In this document: positions 47,958 to 57,889 of the stretch, in pieces | Layout: each line of letters begins with the position of its first letter | Numbering within the stretch: the stretch's first letter is position 1 | Source of the DNA: Gemmatimonadota bacterium | Lineage (GTDB): Bacteria > 4572-55 > J002 | Assembly: GCA_003697105.1 (NCBI GenBank) | Contig: RFFQ01000138.1 | Span: forward strand, 1-59,166 | DNA length: 59,166 nt | Direction: 5' to 3' | Program-made: the position numbers and the translations under genes | The notes under the pieces: generated by a model | The model's input: the letters and a program-made list of their open reading frames with translations, nothing else | What the model was told of the DNA's origin: nothing | The model's database searches: none

Positions 47958-49241
47958 ATGGGGTTTATCACCGAGGAAACAATTGCATTTATTGAAGCGG
48001 TCAGCATCGTCTCTGTGGAAACCGGTATTGCCGCCTATGCCGTCGGGGGATTTGTCCGCGAGCTTTTTCTGGGGGAAAAAAATGAAGATATTGACATCAC
48101 GGTGGAAGGGGATGCCATCCAATTTGCCAAACAAGTTGCCCGATTATTAAACCTGACAAATGTTCAAACCCATCCCCAATTTCAGACCGCCTCAGTACAA
48201 GCACCCAGTGAAGGATGGATTGATATTGTCACGGCGCGATCCGAATACTATCCCTACCCGGGAGCGTTGCCGGTAGTTAAATCAAGCAATATTACGGAGG
48301 ACCTCCGGCGGCGGGATTTCACCTTTAACGCAATGGCGATCCCCATTCGGGAGCGGAAAATGCTGCCTCTGGTCGATCCATTTTCAGGCTTAAAAGACCT
48401 GCAAAAGGGTCTTATTCGTATTATGCACCCCAAAAGTTTTCATGATGACCCGACACGGATTTTTCGGGCAGTACGCTACCAAACTCGATTGAACTTCCAA
48501 CTGGAAGCGGAAACCAAAGAGGCAATGCAAACCGCCTTAAAGGCAAACGTCTTGGAAACCATTTCCAATGACCGCATCCGTAATGAGCTTATTGCCATCT
48601 TGCACGAGCAATGCCCAAACAATGCCCTGCGTTTATTGGATGAATGGAATATTTTAAAATATATCCATCCGGGATTGACTGCCGTTCATGCCTATAACGG
48701 GCTTATTAGCCAGATTCAGTCCAGCCTGACCCAATTTGCCCTATTGATACCGTTCTATAAAATCGTGAGCTGGGAAGTCTATTTGCTGGGGTTGATCAGC
48801 ATTTTGCAACCGGATGATGCCCAAAATTTTTTAGAACGCTATCATTTCCCCCGGTCGGTTCAAAATAAAATTGATGAATTGCGGGTGGTGCAAGAACGTG
48901 ACTTAATCAATATTTTGGAACAACACGACCATTTAAAACCAAGCCGTCTGGTGGAGTTGCTAGATGGGCTATCCAAAGAGACCTTGCTCTGGTTAATGGC
49001 AAAGGTTTCTACACCGCAAGCGCGGTTTCATATTTCGCTCTATTTACGAACGTTGCGTCATGTTAAACCTCAAATCAACGGGCACACGCTGTTGAAAATG
49101 GGCATGAAACCGGGTAAGGCTGTCGGCGATGTTCTACGCGCGATTCGCAAGGAAAAACTTGACGGTAGATTAATCACGCTTGACGATGAAAAGACGTATG
49201 CTAAAAAATGGATCGATACATACTTAACTGATGGGACATAA
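47958..49241 (+). CDS. cca: Class II tRNA nucleotidyltransferase (CCA/A-adding), catalytic part without DHH-CBS
   Basis: 'VGGFVR....DID', 'TARSEYY.YPGALP', 'DL.RRDFT.NAMA', 'SF.DDPTR..RA.RY'; likely ATG 47958 after GAGGTG (ORF open from 47934). Confidence 0.88.
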   Translation: MGFITEETIAFIEAVSIVSVETGIAAYAVGGFVRELFLGEKNEDIDITVEGDAIQFAKQVARLLNLTNVQTHPQFQTASVQAPSEGWIDIVTARSEYYPYPGALPVVKSSNITEDLRRRDFTFNAMAIPIRERKMLPLVDPFSGLKDLQKGLIRIMHPKSFHDDPTRIFRAVRYQTRLNFQLEAETKEAMQTALKANVLETISNDRIRNELIAILHEQCPNNALRLLDEWNILKYIHPGLTAVHAYNGLISQIQSSLTQFALLIPFYKIVSWEVYLLGLISILQPDDAQNFLERYHFPRSVQNKIDELRVVQERDLINILEQHDHLKPSRLVELLDGLSKETLLWLMAKVSTPQARFHISLYLRTLRHVKPQINGHTLLKMGMKPGKAVGDVLRAIRKEKLDGRLITLDDEKTYAKKWIDTYLTDGT

Positions 49242-49253
49242 GGAGGAGGTTAC

Positions 49254-50528
49254 ATGCACCGCGTGCTTGGTATTATTCTGGCTGGTGGCGAAGGTAGCCG
49301 GCTGAATATTCTTTCCGAAAAACGGGCAAAACCTGCCATGCCGTTTGGTGGCAAATACCGCATTATTGATTTTACACTCAGTAACTGTGTCAATTCGGGC
49401 ATTTATAATATTCAAGTGATGACCCAATATCGCCCTCGATCTTTAGATGATCATATTGGTGCCGGTGACCCGTGGGATCTCAACCGATTATATACCGGTG
49501 TGGAACTCTTACAACCGGCTCGCGGTTACGAGGGCGGTTTAGGGGGTTGGTATCGAGGTACGGCGGATGCCATCTATCAAAACATCCAATATGTACGTGA
49601 AAAACCGTGCAGTGATGTGCTCGTCCTCTCCGGCGACCATATCTATAAGATGAATTACGCGAAAATGGTCGATCTACACCGGAAAAAACAGGCAGATTTG
49701 ACCGTCGCGGTGATTCCCGTTCCCCTCAAAGAAGCCTCACGCTTTGGTATTATGCAAACCAATGCAGAGGGCCAGATTATCGACTTTGAGGAAAAACCCA
49801 AACACCCCAAAAGTAATCTGGCATCCATGGGTATTTATGTGTTTGATAAAGAAACGTTACTTCAGGAACTACGTGAGGATGCCCATAAAGAAGGCAGCTC
49901 TCACGATTTTGGCAAAGATATTATTCCCAAGTTAGTCCGGGAACAAAAGCGGATTTTCACCTACCACTTTGAAGGGTACTGGCGCGATGTCGGGACAATT
50001 CAATCCTATTGGGAAGCAAACATGGATTTACTAGCACCTGCCCCAGAACTAAACTTGCATGATCAATCTTGGGTGATCCATACCCGCAGTGAGGAAAAAC
50101 CACCGGTACGGTTGGTGGGGCAGAATGCCGCCATTCGGGAAAGTCTGGTGTCCAATGGGTCTGTGGTACGTGGTAAAGTGGAAAACAGCGTCCTTTCACC
50201 CGGGGTAGTTGTAGAAGAAGGCGCCGTAGTAAAACATTCCATTATTATGAACAACACTCAAATCGGTAAAAATTGTGTGGTGGACCATGCCATTTTGGAC
50301 AAACATATTGTGGTACACCCCAATAGCCGAATTGGGTACGGTGACGATATGACCTCCAATTACCTGTACCCCTCGCACCTGAACACGGGTATCACCATTG
50401 TGGGAAAAAATGCTCACATCCCCGAAGGCATTACCATCGGGCGAAATTGCCGTATCGGTACAGACGTCCAACATGCCGACTTTCAGGGCAAAACCTTGAT
50501 CGCTTCTGGGCAAACGATAGGAGTCTAA
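49254..50528 (+). CDS. glgC: Glucose-1-phosphate adenylyltransferase
   Basis: 'LAGG.GSRL....RAKPA.PFGG.YR', 'GTADA', 'EEKP', 'DFGKD', 'YWRDVGT'. Confidence 0.95.
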   Translation: MHRVLGIILAGGEGSRLNILSEKRAKPAMPFGGKYRIIDFTLSNCVNSGIYNIQVMTQYRPRSLDDHIGAGDPWDLNRLYTGVELLQPARGYEGGLGGWYRGTADAIYQNIQYVREKPCSDVLVLSGDHIYKMNYAKMVDLHRKKQADLTVAVIPVPLKEASRFGIMQTNAEGQIIDFEEKPKHPKSNLASMGIYVFDKETLLQELREDAHKEGSSHDFGKDIIPKLVREQKRIFTYHFEGYWRDVGTIQSYWEANMDLLAPAPELNLHDQSWVIHTRSEEKPPVRLVGQNAAIRESLVSNGSVVRGKVENSVLSPGVVVEEGAVVKHSIIMNNTQIGKNCVVDHAILDKHIVVHPNSRIGYGDDMTSNYLYPSHLNTGITIVGKNAHIPEGITIGRNCRIGTDVQHADFQGKTLIASGQTIGV

Positions 50529-50618
50529 TGGCTGGCCGGACGGTACGTGCCCCAGTCCAACTAAACATAATAGAGAATGTGATCTATAAAAACCAACTAA
50601 AAAGTATCGAAAAAAATA

Positions 50619-50647
50619 TTGACAAACGCGGCAAAAACCGCTATTAT
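50619..50647 (+). promoter_or_regulatory. sigma70 promoter of the tRNA cluster
   Basis: TTGACA-N17-TATTAT with an A-rich upstream region. Confidence 0.8.
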
Positions 50648-50678
50648 AGCCCACCTCAAAATGAGCTATTTGAACTGT

Positions 50679-50754
50679 GCCTAGGTAGCTCAGTTGGTAG
50701 AGCAGCTGATTTGTAATCAGCCGGTCGTAGGTTCGAGTCCTATCCTAGGCTCCA
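50679..50754 (+). tRNA. tRNA-Thr(UGU)
   Basis: Acceptor GCCTAGG/CCTAGGC, anticodon arm GCTGA-TTTGTAA-TCAGC, T loop TTCGAGT, encoded CCA. Confidence 0.97.
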
Positions 50755-50774
50755 CAAAAAGATGATCCATGTGT

Positions 50775-50860
50775 GGGTAGGTGGCCGAGTGGTTAAAGGC
50801 GGCAGACTGTAAATCTGCTCTCGAATGAGTACGGGGGTTCAAATCCCTCCCTGCCCACCA
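50775..50860 (+). tRNA. tRNA-Tyr(GUA)
   Basis: Acceptor GGGTAGG/CCTGCCC, anticodon arm GCAGA-CTGTAAA-TCTGC, long variable arm, encoded CCA. Confidence 0.97.
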
Positions 50861-50887
50861 TTTCTATTTTTTGGAAGCACTCCACAC

Positions 50888-50964
50888 GCGGGAGTAGCTC
50901 AGTTGGCTAGAGCATCAGCCTTCCAAGCTGAGGGTCGCGGGTTCGAATCCCGTCTCCCGCTCCA
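50888..50964 (+). tRNA. tRNA-Gly(UCC)
   Basis: Acceptor GCGGGAG/CTCCCGC, anticodon arm TCAGC-CTTCCAA-GCTGA, encoded CCA. Confidence 0.97.
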
Positions 50965-51011
50965 CTCCTTACATTTCCCTCTTATATATTTAGATAACAT
51001 TCATTGCACTC

Positions 51012-51770
51012 ATGGCAAGCCCTCGCATTGTTTTTGGTAACCACAGCGTTAAAGCATTGATCAAGTCTCGCCCCGACCGGATTAACGAACTGCATGTGTT
51101 ATTGATTCATGAGGAGTTGGGTTTCTACCGGAAACATGCCAAACGCCACCGTATTAAGCTGGTTGAACACGTTAAACCCAAAGAACTGGATCGCCTGATT
51201 GGCCATGCGGCGAATCATCAAGGGGTAGTGGCAATTGCCGCCCCGTTTCGATATGTGGAACTGGATGATCTGATCCAGAAATGCCGCCAAAGCCAGCACC
51301 ATCCCACTCTAATTTTACTGGACGGTATTACGGACCCCCAAAATTTAGGTGCGATTCTTCGTTCTGCCGGATTTTACGGAGTTGATGGCATTTTATTACC
51401 TCAAGACCGCTCCGCTTCTGTCACCGATACGGTGTTGAAGATTGCTTCCGGGGCGGCAGAGCACGTCCCCGTCGCTCGCGTCAAAAATGTGATACGCACA
51501 ATGGACATCCTCAAAGATCAGGGCTTTTGGATGGTGGGGTTGGCAGACCGTGCCAAAACCGCCATTTATGAGATCGATTTAAACATGGATACAGTGATTA
51601 TCATTGGCAGTGAAGGCAAAGGTATCCGTCGCTTAGTGCGGGAACATTGCGATTTTTGGGTCAACCTACCCGGTGAAGGCTCTATTTCTTCCTTAAACGC
51701 CGCCACAGCCACCAGTATCGCCCTTTACGAAATTTACCGGCAACGCACCCTTCTACGCAAATCTTCTTGA
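51012..51770 (+). CDS. rlmB: 23S rRNA (Gm2251) 2'-O-methyltransferase
   Basis: 'HQGVVA', 'DP.NLGAI.RSA', 'GSEG.G', 'SLNA..A'. Confidence 0.93.
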   Translation: MASPRIVFGNHSVKALIKSRPDRINELHVLLIHEELGFYRKHAKRHRIKLVEHVKPKELDRLIGHAANHQGVVAIAAPFRYVELDDLIQKCRQSQHHPTLILLDGITDPQNLGAILRSAGFYGVDGILLPQDRSASVTDTVLKIASGAAEHVPVARVKNVIRTMDILKDQGFWMVGLADRAKTAIYEIDLNMDTVIIIGSEGKGIRRLVREHCDFWVNLPGEGSISSLNAATATSIALYEIYRQRTLLRKSS

Positions 51771-51888
51771 TTTTTGCCGTCTTTTGCCGGCATATCAGCA
51801 ATGAGTTTAAACCCGGTACCTCTTTTCGGGTCAAATCAAGTAGATCGATAACATCCATTTTCCCCCGAATGTTGAAGACACCGAGTCT

Positions 51889-52449
51889 GTGATGGTCAGT
51901 GATGAAACGCTTGTTTCCCAATTCCAGAACGGAAATGAACAGGCATTTAATGAACTGGTTAATCGCTATCGCGAAAAAGCGTACCAAATTGCCTATCGCA
52001 TGGTGCGAAATCAGGATGATGCCCTAGATTTAGCACAGGATGCCTTTGTCCGGGCTTATAAAGGTTTACGCAACTTTAAGGGAAACTCCAAGTTTTATAC
52101 CTGGTTTTATCGAATTGTGACCAACCTCTGTATCAATTTTAAAACCCGGAATCGATTTAAAGATGCGGTGTCGCTAGACAACGAAGACGTGCATCTACCA
52201 CTGGAATCCAAAACACGGAGTCCATTGAAAGACGTGATCAATCAGGAACTTAAACAAAAAATTGCCGAAGCCATCGCTCAGTTACCCGCACAACAGCGAA
52301 CCGTTTTTATTTTGCGCTATTACGAAGGATTGACCCATCAGGAAATTGCGAATATCTTAGGCAAATCCGAAGGGGGCATTAAAGCAAATTACTTTCATGC
52401 CGTCAAAAAATTACAATCGTTGCTGGCGGCATACCAGCACGGTTTATAG
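51889..52449 (+). CDS. ECF sigma factor
   Basis: 'DALDLAQDAFVRAY...F.TW.YRI..N', region 4 'EIA.ILG..EG..K'. Confidence 0.92.
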   Translation: MMVSDETLVSQFQNGNEQAFNELVNRYREKAYQIAYRMVRNQDDALDLAQDAFVRAYKGLRNFKGNSKFYTWFYRIVTNLCINFKTRNRFKDAVSLDNEDVHLPLESKTRSPLKDVINQELKQKIAEAIAQLPAQQRTVFILRYYEGLTHQEIANILGKSEGGIKANYFHAVKKLQSLLAAYQHGL

Positions 52450-52463
52450 AGAGGTGTTGAGTC

Positions 52464-53102
52464 ATGAATCATATCTCAACCGACGATTTAATCGAATTTA
52501 TTGAAGAAACCTTGACTGCCGAACGAATGCGTGTTGTGGAAGAACACATAAAAACGTGCGCGCAATGTCAAAATGCACTTGCCGGATTAAAGCGGACATT
52601 CGATTTGCTGGCACTAGATGAAGTCCCGGAGCTTTCACCCGTACAACTGGGTAATTTTGTACCGCACATCCGGCAAAAAGTGAACACCGAACCGGTCTGG
52701 AAAGCATGGCTACCCCGCGTGATCCCCTCTGTGGGACTGGTGATGGTCTTTTTGCTGGTCTTTACGGTAATCATCCGGCAATACCCGCACTCCCTCCCCG
52801 AACCCGTAAATATTGCCACGATTCCGGATTCGATTTGGGAAAGCTATTTGATCGACTCCGACGTGTTTGCGGGCATTGTGTTGGATACAGAAACACTCCC
52901 GAATGTTTTGACCACCGAAACGTGGGTCGATACCACCGAAACGGACGAACTGTTGGACAATGTAATTGATCCAACCTTTGTACAAAGCATCGATGAGATC
53001 GAGTTTTTTGATGACCCATTTGCCACATTCAATAGCTATTTTGATGATCTAACCGAACCTGAAATAAAATTGATACTCCAACAATTGAACCAACACGGTT
53101 AA
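52464..53102 (+). CDS. Zinc-binding (zf-HC2/ZAS) membrane anti-sigma factor
   Basis: Hx3Cx2C 'HIKTCAQC' plus one TM helix. Confidence 0.85.
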   Translation: MNHISTDDLIEFIEETLTAERMRVVEEHIKTCAQCQNALAGLKRTFDLLALDEVPELSPVQLGNFVPHIRQKVNTEPVWKAWLPRVIPSVGLVMVFLLVFTVIIRQYPHSLPEPVNIATIPDSIWESYLIDSDVFAGIVLDTETLPNVLTTETWVDTTETDELLDNVIDPTFVQSIDEIEFFDDPFATFNSYFDDLTEPEIKLILQQLNQHG

Positions 53103-53114
53103 AGGAGGGTTGCG

Positions 53115-53657
53115 ATGAAATTCAAACCGGTGTTTTTTGTCATATTTTTTTTAATGGGGGTATGGGGGAGCAGTGTTCTGGCTCAACCACCAGTCGATGA
53201 TATGAGCGGACCTCCCGATAACCATCGTGAACGTCTGCGACAGTGGGTCCAATTCCGCTTGGTGCAGGAATTGGATATGTCCGAAGAACAAAGTTTAAAG
53301 TTTTTCCCTCGCTTCAACGCCTTAGATGATCACCGACAGGAAACCCACAAACAGAAACAACAAAAATTACGCGAATTACACAATTTGCTAAGCACCATTG
53401 TTGATCCGGATCAGCCGGGTGAAGATATGGAACGTCAGATTATAACCGCATTGGAAGAATTGGATACCCTAGAGCAAGAGGCGTTAAAAAAACGGAATGA
53501 ACTCCGCGCGGAAATGATGGAGGTGCTGACCCCGGTCCAAAAGGCGAAATATGTGATTTTTGAAGCGCGTTTTGAACGGGAAATTCGTGAAATGATTCAA
53601 GATGTGCGCAGGCACCGGGGCGGACGCGGGCACGGTTACAATAGAACACAGGATTGA
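53115..53657 (+). CDS. Spy/CpxP-like periplasmic protein
   Basis: Signal peptide, 'L.MSEEQ' and 'VLTPVQ' (LTxxQ), helical. Confidence 0.75.
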   Translation: MKFKPVFFVIFFLMGVWGSSVLAQPPVDDMSGPPDNHRERLRQWVQFRLVQELDMSEEQSLKFFPRFNALDDHRQETHKQKQQKLRELHNLLSTIVDPDQPGEDMERQIITALEELDTLEQEALKKRNELRAEMMEVLTPVQKAKYVIFEARFEREIREMIQDVRRHRGGRGHGYNRTQD

Positions 53658-53687
53658 GCGGATTGCTGGTAAAACCGGTGATATGGA

Positions 53688-53724
53688 AAAAAGGTGCTCC
53701 TCATTTTTTAGGAGCACCTTTTTT
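53688..53724. terminator. Bidirectional intrinsic terminator
   Basis: AAAAAGGTGCTCCT..AGGAGCACCTTTTT. Confidence 0.8.
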
Positions 53725-53896
53725 AAGATTCATCGGAAAGGTAAGACACATCGTGTTGTGGGGTGGCGGAATGGCAGCGACACCCGGAGCGGCACGTTCC
53801 ACTTTTTGGATTCGACCGGCGCCACGCCTCACTAAGCCGCATGATAGAGTATCCCGCAGCGCCGAAAACGATCACCATCACCAGAAACTCTTGCAT
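53723..53896 (-). CDS. FeoB-associated small Cys-rich membrane protein
   Basis: ATG 53896 with GGAGGT right after feoB; TM segment then 'CRSGCRC'. Confidence 0.7.
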   Translation of the reverse strand: MQEFLVMVIVFGAAGYSIMRLSEAWRRSNPKSGTCRSGCRCHSATPQHDVSYLSDES

Positions 53897-53898
53897 GA

Positions 53899-56067
53899 TT
53901 AACCTCCCCAACCAAGCAATTGCCCGCCTTGATAAACGACCAAGGCTCCGATATAGGCGAGTACCGACATGTAGCCGAACATAAAAAGCGGCCATTTCCA
54001 CGAACCGGTCTCACGCCGCACGACAGCCAACGTGGACATACACTGGCACGCTAAGACAAAGAAAACCATTACGGAAACCGCCGTCAGGGTGGAATAATCC
54101 TGCCGCAAATGCTCGCGCAGGTCGGTCGATTCTTCGTCGGCATCCCCAATGCTGTAGATCGTACCCAACGTCGAGACCATTACTTCCCGTGCGGCAAAGG
54201 CGGCAATAATCCCCACACCCAACTTCCAATCATACCCCAACGGCTCAATTACCGGTTCAATCACTTTGCCCAGCCGCCCCGCAAAACTATGGGCGAGGTC
54301 TTCCGCCGCTTGCTGAGCCTCTAACTGCTGAATTTGCATCGCCAGTTGGTCTGGATTCGCCGCCGCGGGTAATTGATCGGTTAAAACACGAATTTGCGTG
54401 GGATAATCCACAGAATACTGCTCTACTTGCGGGTAAGTTGCCAGTGCCCAGAGCACAATGGTTAAGGTCAAGATAATCGTTCCGGCATTCACCAGAAACG
54501 CGCGAGATTGGACCCACATTAAAATAAGCGCGGACTTGAGCGAAGGCAACCGGTAAGAGGGTAATTCGATAATCATGGCCGGTGCTTCGCCTTTCACCAG
54601 CCATTTTCTGAAGAGAATCGCCATCAAAATAGCCGCGACGATACCGGTCAAATACATCCCCAACAGGGTCAATCCCGCTACGGTGAAAATGCCCAATACC
54701 CGCTGATTCGGGATGAAGGTTCCGATAAAAATTACATAGACCGGCATCCGGGCAGAACAACTCATTAATGGGGCAATTAAAATGGTCAAAAGCCGGTCGC
54801 GCTGGTTTTCAATGGTGCGCGTCGCCATAATACCCGGAATGGCGCACGCAAACGAACTGAGCAACGGCACGACAGCCTTCCCTTGTAAGCCAAATTTGCG
54901 CATGACGCCATCCATCATTAGTGCCGCCCGTGGCATATAACCGCTATCTTCCAGCAAAGCCAGAAAGAAAAACAAGAGCAAAATCTGGGGTAAAAAAATC
55001 ACCACGTTGCCAACACCCCCGATCACGCCATCGACAATCAATCCCTGAAGGACACCCTCCGGTAAAACCCCATGGATAATACCGCTCAGCCAACCGAAAA
55101 AGCCATCAATGATGTCCATCGGAAAACTGGCCCAACTGTAAATGGACTGAAATACGAGTGCCATCATACCGATGAAAATCAGGGGACCCGCAACCGGATG
55201 AATCAACACTTGGTCGAGTTTATCGCTTTTGTGGGGCGTCATCCCCACCTCGTACCGGAGAGTCTCTTGACAAATACCCCGTACCCAAGTGTACCGTCCG
55301 GTGATTTCTGCAGATTTCCAATTCACCTCTTGTGATTTGAGGCTTTCTCGCAACTGGAATACACGTTCCCGTAGTTCGCTCGTTTTACCCCCCCACAACT
55401 CCAGCGCACTATCATTGGTGAGAATATACAACGCCTGCGAAAAACAGGCACCCGGTTTCAGGTTCGTGTGTTCGGCAAACCATTTTGTCAGAGATTCACA
55501 GGCGCTCTCCACCTCTGGATGCAAGTTCCATTGCCGCTTTGGCGGAATTTGTTGGTTCAGGTGCTGAATTGCCGCTTTTAACTCCTCAATACCCTTACCC
55601 TTTTTGGCGATAAGCGGTACAACCGGCACCCCTAACGTTGCCGATAATTTATCCAAATCGACCTGAATGTGCCGCCGTTCCACTACATCCATCATATTGA
55701 GAGCAAGAATAGTGGGAATTTCTAAATCCATAATTTGGGTAAACAAAAATAAGTTGCGTTCCAAATTGCTGGCATCAATCACCACGACCACACCATCCGG
55801 CATGGCGGTCCCTTTTTCCCGACCGGTAAGGACATCAAACGCAACTTGTTCATCTATGGATTTCGGATTTAGACTGTATAAGCCGGGGAGATCGACCACT
55901 TCCACGGTACCCGAAGGTAGGGTCATCTGCCCAGTTTTTTTCTCGACCGTCACACCGGGGTAATTTCCGACCTTCTGCTGTAACCCGGTCAGGGCATTAA
56001 AAACAGTTGTTTTGCCGGAATTGGGATTACCGGCGATGGCTATCGTATGTAATTGTGTTGTTGACAT
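53899..56067 (-). CDS. feoB: Ferrous iron transporter B
   Basis: 'GNPNSGKT', 'GNYPGVTVE', 'DLPG', 'NMMD', gate motifs; likely start MSTT at 56067. Confidence 0.96.
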   Translation of the reverse strand: MSTTQLHTIAIAGNPNSGKTTVFNALTGLQQKVGNYPGVTVEKKTGQMTLPSGTVEVVDLPGLYSLNPKSIDEQVAFDVLTGREKGTAMPDGVVVVIDASNLERNLFLFTQIMDLEIPTILALNMMDVVERRHIQVDLDKLSATLGVPVVPLIAKKGKGIEELKAAIQHLNQQIPPKRQWNLHPEVESACESLTKWFAEHTNLKPGACFSQALYILTNDSALELWGGKTSELRERVFQLRESLKSQEVNWKSAEITGRYTWVRGICQETLRYEVGMTPHKSDKLDQVLIHPVAGPLIFIGMMALVFQSIYSWASFPMDIIDGFFGWLSGIIHGVLPEGVLQGLIVDGVIGGVGNVVIFLPQILLLFFFLALLEDSGYMPRAALMMDGVMRKFGLQGKAVVPLLSSFACAIPGIMATRTIENQRDRLLTILIAPLMSCSARMPVYVIFIGTFIPNQRVLGIFTVAGLTLLGMYLTGIVAAILMAILFRKWLVKGEAPAMIIELPSYRLPSLKSALILMWVQSRAFLVNAGTIILTLTIVLWALATYPQVEQYSVDYPTQIRVLTDQLPAAANPDQLAMQIQQLEAQQAAEDLAHSFAGRLGKVIEPVIEPLGYDWKLGVGIIAAFAAREVMVSTLGTIYSIGDADEESTDLREHLRQDYSTLTAVSVMVFFVLACQCMSTLAVVRRETGSWKWPLFMFGYMSVLAYIGALVVYQGGQLLGWGG

Positions 56068-56161
56068 CCTCAATTGCCCAAATGGAAGATTAAAAATATA
56101 AGAAAGCCACAAAGCAGAAAACAACCTTGTGGCTTGCGAAAAATAAAATCGCGAAGGAAAC

Positions 56162-56395
56162 CTATTTTAAGCGATAGGCGGAAATCTGAGAGGCTAAATC
56201 CCGTTGGATGCCCAAACGGGTTTCACCGACACGTAGTACCATCGGGTCCGAGCTTTTTAAGATTTGTACTTCCGTGCCTTCTAAAAAGCCTAGCTCTTGT
56301 AAGCGCAACATATCATTCGCATTTTCGGATTGGATCGCACCGATCCGTAAATGCTGACCGGTTGTACCGGTGGAAAGTGGCATGGTTTGAATCAT
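56162..56395 (-). CDS. feoA: Ferrous iron transport protein A
   Basis: 'RLQELGF.EG..V.I....DP...V...L.I'; upstream of feoB. Confidence 0.88.
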   Translation of the reverse strand: MIQTMPLSTGTTGQHLRIGAIQSENANDMLRLQELGFLEGTEVQILKSSDPMVLRVGETRLGIQRDLASQISAYRLK

Positions 56396-56620
56396 TGATG
56401 AGTCCCTTTATTATACCGTGTTTATAATTGTTTGGGTTATCAAACTTGCGTTATATCTAATCAACTGAAGCGATATTGTCAAGAGAAAAAACGATAAAAA
56501 TAGAGATAAAATTCTTTTTTTAGCGATGGTAGCTGCAGATAAGGCAGGAAGGAGAACAGGCAGTCATGTAACCCCAATATCCCATAACGCGGACACTTCG
56601 TAAATAATCAAAATCACGGG

Positions 56621-57889
56621 CTAAACGGATTGATTCCGGACGGTATCACCTAACAGATGGATGCTCTCGATCAATTGATCATCCGAAAGATAGGGTGCGG
56701 GACCGAGCCGCAAAATATTCGCCCGCACATCCGTCAAGAGACCGCGATCATGTAATTTGCGCTGGATTTCCGTTGCCTGAGGTGAAGTCAGCGCTAAAAA
56801 TCCACCTAACTGGGAACGCGGAATGTCGCGGTTACGGTCGATCTGGGCGGGGTCCAGATCAAGCTGGTCAAATTGGTCGATTAACACACCGATCTGATGT
56901 TGGCTCACCTCGCGTAAAAATTCCGGTGTCAAATTGAGTTCCTCAAAAAAATGGAAGACTTCTGCAGCGCGATAATGGCTGGTGGGGTCATAGGTCGCTC
57001 CGGCAAAACGGAGACCACTATTGCCGTAGAGCACGCGAGAGTTGCGCTTTCCCTGAGATAACTGGTCAAATTCAGCGAACCAACCGGTGATAATGGGGCG
57101 TAATTGGCAATCCGGTGGTGTCCGCAAAAAGCAGTTGCCTTCCCCCAATTGGCAATATTTGTAACCACCCCCCAGTACAAACGCCGCTTCCAACCCTTGT
57201 TGGGGGAGGGAAAAGGGCACCACATTCAAGGCATGGTAGGCATCAATCAGGAGTTCCGCCCCCAGATGCTGGCAGCGTTCTAACACACCAGCTAAATCCG
57301 GTACAATTTCCGCCGATTGAAACAACACTGCGGAAACCAACACCACCGCCGTTTTTTCATCGATCTCGTCAACCAATCGTTGGGCAAGCTCATTCGCTGG
57401 GGAGGCCGGCACCCGGACGATTTCTAACAGAGATTCTTCTGCGAACCGGTCTATCTGCCGCCGGATGGTATGAAATTCCCCATCGGTGGTGATGATTTTA
57501 GGACGGTGCATCAGGGGCAAAGCAGATAAAAACCGGATCAGGAGATCGTGCGTGTTGGGGGCAAGGGAGTACCAGCCGCCGGAGTCATCTAGCAGGCGAG
57601 CAAAACCGCGTTGTACCCGTTCCGCCATGTGGAACGCACGCTCCCACTTGTCATCGACGTAGTCCGCGGCATCTTTCCACGCATGTAAATGCCCGATGAG
57701 GGCGACATCGGGCCACGCTTGATGAGAATGTCCTGTAAGGAGCAATCGTTTGTGGACGCGAAACTGGGAATAAGCAGGGGCTAACCGGTTCGGAGATTGG
57801 CGGATCGTCTCCAGCGTGATATGTGCGGGGTCCGGTTTAACAAATTGGTCATACATTTGGGCGACAAAACTGCGTACCGTTGTACTCAT
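56621..57889 (-). CDS. kynU: Kynureninase-like PLP enzyme
   Basis: 'LTGHSHQAWPD', 'DAYH', 'GGGYKY.QLGEG', 'GWFA.F', 'LRLGPAPY'. Confidence 0.8.
   Translation of the reverse strand: MSTTVRSFVAQMYDQFVKPDPAHITLETIRQSPNRLAPAYSQFRVHKRLLLTGHSHQAWPDVALIGHLHAWKDAADYVDDKWERAFHMAERVQRGFARLLDDSGGWYSLAPNTHDLLIRFLSALPLMHRPKIITTDGEFHTIRRQIDRFAEESLLEIVRVPASPANELAQRLVDEIDEKTAVVLVSAVLFQSAEIVPDLAGVLERCQHLGAELLIDAYHALNVVPFSLPQQGLEAAFVLGGGYKYCQLGEGNCFLRTPPDCQLRPIITGWFAEFDQLSQGKRNSRVLYGNSGLRFAGATYDPTSHYRAAEVFHFFEELNLTPEFLREVSQHQIGVLIDQFDQLDLDPAQIDRNRDIPRSQLGGFLALTSPQATEIQRKLHDRGLLTDVRANILRLGPAPYLSDDQLIESIHLLGDTVRNQSV

Noticed and set aside
50679-50964. tRNA-anchored genomic island or prophage
   Set aside because: No integrase and no duplicated tRNA 3' end seen.
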